64,000 nt of DNA from the IMG/VR virus record IMGVR_UViG_3300008448_012223; one strand, written 5' to 3'. This DNA comes from a virus. The translations under genes and the position numbers were made by a program. Shown here piece after piece: positions 57,970-64,000 of this stretch. A model generated the notes under the pieces. That model saw only the letters and a program-made list of their open reading frames with translations, did no database searches and was not told where the DNA came from. The stretch's first letter is position 1; every line of letters begins with the position of its first letter.

Positions 57970-58871
57970 GGGAAGCCTGTCTGGAAGTAATCGATTAGTG
58001 AAGTAGAGTCGAATGACGTACGGTTATAACTACGACTAGTAGGAGCATACTGCTGCTTAACTGCATCAATATACATAGTAAACTGGAAGTCATCGCCCAT
58101 ATAGAAGCGGGCCCACCCCTCATCAGTGAATAAACGTCTGAGCTCTAACTGTTCGATAGCCAGGTTATCAAAGGAGAGATTACACTTACCTATAAGAGAG
58201 GGTAGGGAACGCCGCCACTGCGCTATGCCTGCATCTACCTCAGGGCTATGATAATCTATACCGAAGCCGAAGTTCTTATAGCCTAGTACGAGTACCTTAC
58301 TGGTTACAGCGCTGAGGCTAACCAACTCATCGATTATACTGACGGGATGGATACCAGCGATGATGTGATACACGATGTTATCTGAGAGACGCAGTACTGG
58401 TATCAGACTGCTATAGTTACTACTAGTGATTGAGATACCGAGGCCCCGCACTAACTCCTGACTTACTATGTCCTCTATTAGAGTAGCGTAGCGATGTAGA
58501 TGACCCTGGTTAACAGTAATGTTAGCTATAAGCCCGCGGGCCTTAAGTTCTACTAGGAAGCCCACTATATCAGGATGAGATAGTGGGTTACCCCCTCCAT
58601 TTGCTAACTCGACCCCAGCAGGTATATCACTAAGGACATCGAGTAACCGTGTTAGGTCAGCGTGTTTACCACTACGAGTAGAACTCTCATGGCAGTACCT
58701 ACATCCCATATCACAGTAGTCAGTGATCTTAATATCTATAGAGCAGGGATAGGCAGGGCGGGCCCCAACCACACTTGTAGTACGAACTAGGGTACCATCA
58801 GCATATAGAGTACACTCATAATCACCATTAATATAATGCGCTAACGCTATCGCTTCATTAAACCTATTCAT
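57954..58871 (-). CDS. Radical SAM (Fe-S) protein
   Basis: CxxxCxxC motif DYCDMGCRYCHE, ELANGGGNPL and NITVN. The likely start is MNRFNE at 58871, overlapping the upstream stop. Confidence 0.9.
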   Translation of the reverse strand: MNRFNEAIALAHYINGDYECTLYADGTLVRTTSVVGARPAYPCSIDIKITDYCDMGCRYCHESSTRSGKHADLTRLLDVLSDIPAGVELANGGGNPLSHPDIVGFLVELKARGLIANITVNQGHLHRYATLIEDIVSQELVRGLGISITSSNYSSLIPVLRLSDNIVYHIIAGIHPVSIIDELVSLSAVTSKVLVLGYKNFGFGIDYHSPEVDAGIAQWRRSLPSLIGKCNLSFDNLAIEQLELRRLFTDEGWARFYMGDDFQFTMYIDAVKQQYAPTSRSYNRTSFDSTSLIDYFQTGFPCTSG

Positions 58872-59220
58872 AGTCATAGAATGACGGATAATCATCAGTA
58901 TTAATCCCCATGATCTCGCAAGCTTCAACTAATTTATCTATCCCCCCGAACCATTTGGCGGTAACATTAGGATTGCTCAATAAACATCGGAGCTCTTCGA
59001 TGAGGCATTCACCTCTACGCTCTTTTGTGTAGGCTTCTGGAGAAGTATATAATTCGCATTCCCAATCTCCTACTTGACGGTGAGTATCAATATCAAACTC
59101 CTTGCCATCAACCACTATATACTTTCGCCCGACTGATTTAATAGTTCCCCATGTACCATCCTCGTGGGGAATTACTGCCCATACCCTGGCACCCTTTTTA
59201 ATAAAGTCTTTCGGCAACAT
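58864..59220 (-). CDS. Hypothetical protein (SH3/KOW-like N-terminus)
   Basis: KKGARVW…GTIKSVGRKYIVVDG.EF. Confidence 0.6.
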   Translation of the reverse strand: MLPKDFIKKGARVWAVIPHEDGTWGTIKSVGRKYIVVDGKEFDIDTHRQVGDWECELYTSPEAYTKERRGECLIEELRCLLSNPNVTAKWFGGIDKLVEACEIMGINTDDYPSFYDYE

Positions 59221-59269
59221 TTACTTTTCCTCTGGTAAATTAGTTTAGGCGAGCCCTAGCTAGTGATAT

Positions 59270-59764
59270 CTAATTGCCCTTGTAAAAGAAGTCGCTAGCA
59301 TACTCCATCACTCCCTTATTATCAATCACATAACTGTAATCATTATCACTACCGGTTAGGATAAAGCTATAGGGCGAGAATAGATAACGCATCATCATAT
59401 CCTTATTAGCTACAATAGCATTGAGGAAGCCGTTCAACTCGTTGGCGTGGTCCATGTAGCCGCCATTAAGACTTTTGTATTTGTCATATACTACATCCTC
59501 GGCAGTTACAGCAATACCCTCTGATAGCAGATAGAGTATCATGTCATAGGCGTCTTTCATTCTATCGTTAGCGGCGAAGCCCGTGTATAAATAACTGGCC
59601 TTGGCTGCTATAGAACTCAGGATACTAGTTTCAGAACCGAATTCGCCAATCTCGAAATGTATTAATTTAGGGATAGTAAGGCTAGTCTGACAGGGAATAG
59701 ATATACTATGGGTGCTCGAACTATTAGTTTCAAATACACCCTGACGGACTTGAATGCTAAGCAT
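59270..59764 (-). CDS. Conserved phage hypothetical protein with an N-terminal FETNSSSTHS motif
   Basis: QVRQGVFETNSSSTHSISI; AAGGAG ribosome-binding site upstream. Confidence 0.7.
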   Translation of the reverse strand: MLSIQVRQGVFETNSSSTHSISIPCQTSLTIPKLIHFEIGEFGSETSILSSIAAKASYLYTGFAANDRMKDAYDMILYLLSEGIAVTAEDVVYDKYKSLNGGYMDHANELNGFLNAIVANKDMMMRYLFSPYSFILTGSDNDYSYVIDNKGVMEYASDFFYKGN

Positions 59765-59824
59765 AAAGACTCCTTAAGAAATTATAGATCTACTTACGAC
59801 ACAGCGGTACGACAGTGAGGAGGG

Positions 59825-59905
59825 TCAAGTTAAGTCATTAAACAACAAGCCAATTATTGTGATAAGAGCGAGAGCTAGCCCTATAACTAACGGTGCATTA
59901 TCCAT
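59825..59905 (-). CDS. 26-aa single-transmembrane peptide (not in the ORF track)
   Basis: MDNAPLVIGLALALITIIGLLFNDLT*, with GGGAGG a few nt upstream of the ATG. Confidence 0.55.
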   Translation of the reverse strand: MDNAPLVIGLALALITIIGLLFNDLT

Positions 59906-59971
59906 TTTAACCTCCCAGGATTATTAATAGTGATTTGACATTGACTCTAGGGGAACGAGAACCTCAACCCG

Positions 59972-60772
59972 CTATCGTTTATCTGCGGCGAAGGCGCGTT
60001 GTGTTAACTTAGCCATATCCCTAATAACATCCCATCCTGCTTCACCGTATTGAGATACAGCATATTGCTCAACAGCGAGTAATAGATCAGCTAACTCACA
60101 TTGTCTCAATAACGAATTAGTGGCCTCGCGGCACTCGAGCAGCTCCTCGTATATCTTATCCAACGTATTAACAGAATATTTAGGGATAGGGCTAGAGTGA
60201 TAGCCGGGCCGGAAGGAGTCATTAACTGCTATACTAAAGCGGGGCTCAGCTATACCAGTGCCATAATACCACCAGTGATCATCATAAGAGCGCTTACCAT
60301 AGGAGCCCAGCTCTAGATTCAATGGAGTATAGATTATATCCGTCTCATTGGCACAATGCACGTACTTGAGATTATGTGGATTAATGTAATGTAGCATCCA
60401 CTGGTAGGCATCAGTACAGATAGTATTTACAGTCATACCAGGCATACCCTTGTACACAAATAACTCTAGCTTCATAAAGTAAGGGTAGCTATAATTGTCA
60501 TTATCCAGTGGACGAAAGCACGGCGTAATAGCTTGCAGTGCGTCACCTGCCTGATAATGTCCATTTATCGCATTATAGATGAAGGTCTGTTCTGCGCTAC
60601 CTACCAGCACAAAAGTGTCGTAACAGCTATAGGGGGCCTGACTGTTAGGCTCTGGTGAGGTTATAGAGCCAATTCTGCGGGGCACGACCCATTTTAGATC
60701 GACTACTCTATAGCCTTTTTGTTTGTAGTATTCCTGCGCCTCTGTTAGATAGCGATAATTAATAGTAAACAT
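59972..60772 (-). CDS. Class II aminoacyl-tRNA synthetase catalytic-core homolog fused to a MazG/PRA-PH-like helical domain
   Basis: GSAEQTF, motif 2-like ITPCFR…FMKLEL, LELGSYG, motif 3-like YGTGIAEPRF, and C-terminal KIYEELLE…CELADLL. Confidence 0.65.
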   Translation of the reverse strand: MFTINYRYLTEAQEYYKQKGYRVVDLKWVVPRRIGSITSPEPNSQAPYSCYDTFVLVGSAEQTFIYNAINGHYQAGDALQAITPCFRPLDNDNYSYPYFMKLELFVYKGMPGMTVNTICTDAYQWMLHYINPHNLKYVHCANETDIIYTPLNLELGSYGKRSYDDHWWYYGTGIAEPRFSIAVNDSFRPGYHSSPIPKYSVNTLDKIYEELLECREATNSLLRQCELADLLLAVEQYAVSQYGEAGWDVIRDMAKLTQRAFAADKR

Positions 60773-60943
60773 TTGTCCTCTACTCTACAATATACGTTAG
60801 GTTGCGCGTAGTTAATACATACTAGGCCCTACTTTTCTATCTGTTACCCGTCCCCCAAGTCCGTAAATTTGAAAATCCCCTTATTCCTGCCGCTTCTCCC
60901 AGTCCCACCCTCTCACTAATCCTGTTCCCCCTCCCAGATAAAA

Positions 60944-61273
60944 TTAGTCCCTTGCGCTTTTCCCCTCGGCCACATCTGCAAATGGAGTAATAGGAATGTG
61001 GCTATAAACTTCGGCATTCTTTGCCCGAGCTTGGCGGAGATCGTAGCCTGTTTGAAGATTCAGCCAAAACTGAGGACTGTTACCGAAATATCGTGACAGA
61101 CGCAAAGCTGTATCCGCAGTGATACTACGCTTACCCGCTAAAATCTCACCGATACGAGTTTGAGCTACGCTTAAATCTTTGCTCAGTCTGTAGGGGGTAA
61201 TATTGAGCGGTTCCAGAAAATCTAACTTGAGGATTTCACCGGGATGAATATTGGGTAAATGGTCGCTGTTCAT
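60944..61273 (-). CDS. higA: HigA-family antitoxin (orphan)
   Basis: IHPGEILKLDFLEPLNITPYRLSKDL…RIGEILAGKRSITADTALRLSRYFGNSPQFWLNLQ; no higB upstream. Confidence 0.9.
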   Translation of the reverse strand: MNSDHLPNIHPGEILKLDFLEPLNITPYRLSKDLSVAQTRIGEILAGKRSITADTALRLSRYFGNSPQFWLNLQTGYDLRQARAKNAEVYSHIPITPFADVAEGKSARD

Positions 61274-61287
61274 CGCATTTAGCTAAT

Positions 61288-61629
61288 TTAGTCCTTAATT
61301 AATAGAACGTTTCTTTCTTGATAATACGCTAGGCGGCCCTCGCAAAATTGAATTACAGAGTTAGGTAGTGCTCCGAGCACCTTTTCTACCTTGACATTGT
61401 CAAAGAAGCGCACGTCCTTATCTATAAAATTAGGAGATAATAGGTCGTTGATCTCCATGAAGATACGCGGAAGCAATTCAAATAAAGCGGGGGGCGGCTC
61501 ATCCTCGATTACTCTCTCACATAGGGCTGCATCTATCTGACAGAGATACACATGGAATGGCTTATCAGGGTACTCTTTCATCAGATACTCTAGATTAAGA
61601 CTAATAAGCGTAGATAGGTTAGCAGACAT
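61288..61629 (-). CDS. Hypothetical protein
   Basis: 113-aa ORF. Confidence 0.55.
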   Translation of the reverse strand: MSANLSTLISLNLEYLMKEYPDKPFHVYLCQIDAALCERVIEDEPPPALFELLPRIFMEINDLLSPNFIDKDVRFFDNVKVEKVLGALPNSVIQFCEGRLAYYQERNVLLIKD

Positions 61630-62119
61630 TGAATAATCTCCTGTTAATATCAGATGATAGGAAAGCCTCTAACCAGACAGGGCGGGGCTCTATAAGATAA
61701 CAGGCCCGCGCTGCGATAAGAGGATGATAGAAGTAGGGTAAGAACTCTAGCTGAGCTAGAGCCTCTATATGCTGAGGTGTAGCTATACCCCTATGATCTA
61801 GTATACCCAGGGTAGGGTAGCGCTCGTGATATATATTTAGGTTATAGTCATGCAGATACTCAGTAGTATCTAGACAGTACCAGGCAGCGCCAGAGCGGGG
61901 CCGCCCCATATCAGGTAGGTAGCCTGTTATAATCGGCGGGCTTTCATTATCCTCACGTAGATACTCTATGGCACGCCGATACATACGCCACTCCTGGGCC
62001 CAGCCCGACTGTAGTGTTATAGTAACAGCACTATAGCGGCCATCAGCGTAACGCCCTACATAATAGGGGTATATCATACAATCGCGAGCAGGTATACTCA
62101 CGTGATAATTAGTCATCAC
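61619..62119 (-). CDS. Hypothetical protein
   Basis: 166-aa ORF coupled to the primase. Confidence 0.55.
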   Translation of the reverse strand: MMTNYHVSIPARDCMIYPYYVGRYADGRYSAVTITLQSGWAQEWRMYRRAIEYLREDNESPPIITGYLPDMGRPRSGAAWYCLDTTEYLHDYNLNIYHERYPTLGILDHRGIATPQHIEALAQLEFLPYFYHPLIAARACYLIEPRPVWLEAFLSSDINRRLFNVC

Positions 62120-63336
62120 GATCCGAATAGTAGAGAGGCATATTCAAGGGGCCCTAATTGATTATCTACATAAGGAGCCAGTAGCCCTAAGGGGGAATGA
62201 GTAGCAGTCAATACCCGCAATATATCTACGTGATGACTAATGTCGGGCCCCCATTGAGCTAGTAAATCATCTACGAATAATATGCGGTTAGCATTGATAG
62301 TATCAGCAGCATTAACGCGAGGCTCTGCTACCAACCACTCATTAATATCTTTATAATCAGCAACCATATACGTCATAAGCTCAGCTAATGGTAAGTTAAC
62401 CTGTAGCTGAACTAGTTGAGGTATGATACGCACCCAGCTCTTATATACACCGGCATGAGTAGGATGATCATCGCTATACTTATCTGAGTCGAATATAAAT
62501 GTGATACGACGGAAGGGCTTGAACTTACTGGTGTGACATAATAGATACTCCAGACCCAATAGTCCCACTACAGGTAAACCACGACCTATTAGTGATGTGG
62601 CATCAGGCGGGCCCTCAACTATATATAGCTCGCGAGCTGGGTGCTTACTATACTCCTTAAGACAATGTTCTAGATAGAGATAGCGCTTACTATTAATAGC
62701 GGCCCGCGTATCCTTATAGCGGGGGGCCCTCTCACTACTACCTATATAGCGACCAACCATATGGACTAGATGGCCTCGTGTATCTCGTATAGGGAATATA
62801 ATGCGTTCCCTATAGTAATCCTCGCCGTCCTCCTTAATCAGACCCTCGCGGGCTAATGCCTCATGATCTATATCGAATTGACGTAGACCACTAGGAGGAG
62901 CATACCCTATACCAATGCTACGAGCTAGATCGAGGGACCAGCCCCGCCGCAGTATATAATCCTGAGCAGCAGGCGTAGTATCAAAATAATAATGATAGGC
63001 CTCTAGCGCGCTCTCTAGTACTATACTGCGAGCATCCATAACCTCGCGGGCCTGACGTATACCAGCGCGGGCCTCTAACTGCTGCATAGCCCCAGCATAA
63101 TCAAGCTTAGTATGCCAGCGCCAGGCATTGACTAGACCCATACCTGCGTTCAACTCACAACTAGTCCTCCAGCACTTCATATAGTGCGGATACACGCTCA
63201 GCTTACCGCGGCCCCCACAAGCAGGGCAATCATTAGTACCATGCCGTAGATTTAGTAGCTCTGGTATAGTTAGCCGCTCCATTATCAGTTGCTCATTCTC
63301 TCTCGTCACCGCTCTCCGTATATTGGATGAATGCAC
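62116..63336 (-). CDS. DNA primase (DnaG-like: zinc-binding domain plus TOPRIM)
   Basis: CPACGG…KCWRTSC, YILRRG…IGYAP, YRERIIFPIRD…GR, RYKD, and YIVEGPPDA. Confidence 0.88.
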   Translation of the reverse strand: MHSSNIRRAVTRENEQLIMERLTIPELLNLRHGTNDCPACGGRGKLSVYPHYMKCWRTSCELNAGMGLVNAWRWHTKLDYAGAMQQLEARAGIRQAREVMDARSIVLESALEAYHYYFDTTPAAQDYILRRGWSLDLARSIGIGYAPPSGLRQFDIDHEALAREGLIKEDGEDYYRERIIFPIRDTRGHLVHMVGRYIGSSERAPRYKDTRAAINSKRYLYLEHCLKEYSKHPARELYIVEGPPDATSLIGRGLPVVGLLGLEYLLCHTSKFKPFRRITFIFDSDKYSDDHPTHAGVYKSWVRIIPQLVQLQVNLPLAELMTYMVADYKDINEWLVAEPRVNAADTINANRILFVDDLLAQWGPDISHHVDILRVLTATHSPLGLLAPYVDNQLGPLEYASLLFGS

Positions 63337-63502
63337 TATAATAACTAAGCTTAAACTTTAACACTAATACATATCGCCTGTTAATGGCAATATGCTCGAG
63401 ATAAGTGATGTCACTTACCCGTGGCCCGTTCCATAAGAATATCTCGGATAGTTTTTTCAACAGGTACCTTAATATACTACTACCGCCAACGTCTAGGGCC
63501 AC
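63293..63502 (-). CDS. Hypothetical protein
   Basis: 69-aa ORF at the boundary with AT-rich DNA. Confidence 0.3.
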   Translation of the reverse strand: MALDVGGSSILRYLLKKLSEIFLWNGPRVSDITYLEHIAINRRYVLVLKFKLSYYSAFIQYTESGDERE

Positions 63503-63681
63503 CCCACGTCATCCATACTACTGTTCTTAAGCGATACCTAACGAATTTCTAATTGACTAACATCAAAATCACCGCCATTTGGCAGAGTTTTCCCTGAAAA
63601 AAGATGCTGTTGCTTGCGAAGCCATGATATTAGATGATTGTGTTAATTTTAAACGCTTTAGTCTGAGTCCATATTTTAATT

Positions 63682-63999
63682 TCAATTAAATGTAAAAAGT
63701 TTGTCGATAAAACTTGATATAGTTTCTGCTATTTCCTCTGTTTTATCACGAATAAAGGTAATCTCTTCCTGTTTGTCAGAGATTCCAAAACTTGAGTAGT
63801 ATCCATCATCTGGATCATCATACGCTCTACATATAGCTATTTCTTTTATTTTTCCTGTTCTTAAATCAAATATCGTACCAGTTACTCTGGTTTTTGGTAT
63901 TAAGCTAAAGCTTGGTACAAAACCACAAAAAACCTTGACATGGGCTACCGTCTGACAATCTAAAAGAACCTTAGCATTACCTGTTAGGTAAATTTGTTG
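63682..63999 (-). CDS. Partial AT-rich ORF, possibly another family A paralog (5' end outside window)
   Basis: Manual translation: …GTIFDLRTGKIKEIAICRAY…KTEEIAETISSFIDKLFTFN*. The C-terminal helix resembles KIMETILSF. Confidence 0.5.
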   Translation of the reverse strand, partial: QQIYLTGNAKVLLDCQTVAHVKVFCGFVPSFSLIPKTRVTGTIFDLRTGKIKEIAICRAYDDPDDGYYSSFGISDKQEEITFIRDKTEEIAETISSFIDKLFTFN

Positions 64000-64000
64000 T

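Noticed and set aside
1-64000. TAG stop-codon reassignment, suggested by the abundance of TAG/CTAG
   Set aside because: Very long ORFs are open under the standard code, and TAG is used as a real stop with tight gene overlaps (e.g. 4989, 6175, 54166, 58864).
1-64000. tRNA, rRNA, a true CRISPR array, or an integrase
   Set aside because: No cloverleaf, rRNA-like tract, regularly spaced repeat array or recombinase motif was found by eye.

Overview
The whole window looks like one large contractile-tailed (myovirus) phage genome, most likely a Microcystis cyanophage related to Ma-LMM01/Fukuivirus. That assignment comes from my recollection of its gene set and order and needs a BLAST check. The + strand (1-17.4 kb and 24.9-54.2 kb) carries the virion module: tail sheath C-terminus, tube, baseplate hub, spike plus amidase, lysozyme-M23, gp25-like and J-like baseplate proteins, tail fibres, a Lys/Orn N-monooxygenase-like flavoprotein, two DUF4815-like proteins, the large terminase and a 2898-aa protein. 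The - strand (54.6-64 kb) carries DNA-metabolism and accessory genes: PD-(D/E)XK nuclease, RuvC-like resolvase, radical SAM, a class II aaRS-like/MazG-like fusion, an orphan HigA and a primase. AT-rich, Microcystis-like DNA is spliced in at about 14.8-16.5 kb (in-frame into a tail gene), 17.5-24.7 kb and 63.5-64 kb. The 17.5-24.7 kb block holds paralog arrays, repeated promoter cassettes, toxin-antitoxin remnants and an intact host-type selO. The strongest leads are (1) a solitary copy of a Microcystis-type CRISPR repeat inside the late operon, a candidate RNA anti-CRISPR or Cas6 processing site, and (2) an exact 25-bp copy of a selO segment flanked by arm-like repeats 3.9 kb from the intact selO, an attP/attB-like pair. 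No tRNA, rRNA, true CRISPR array or integrase was seen.
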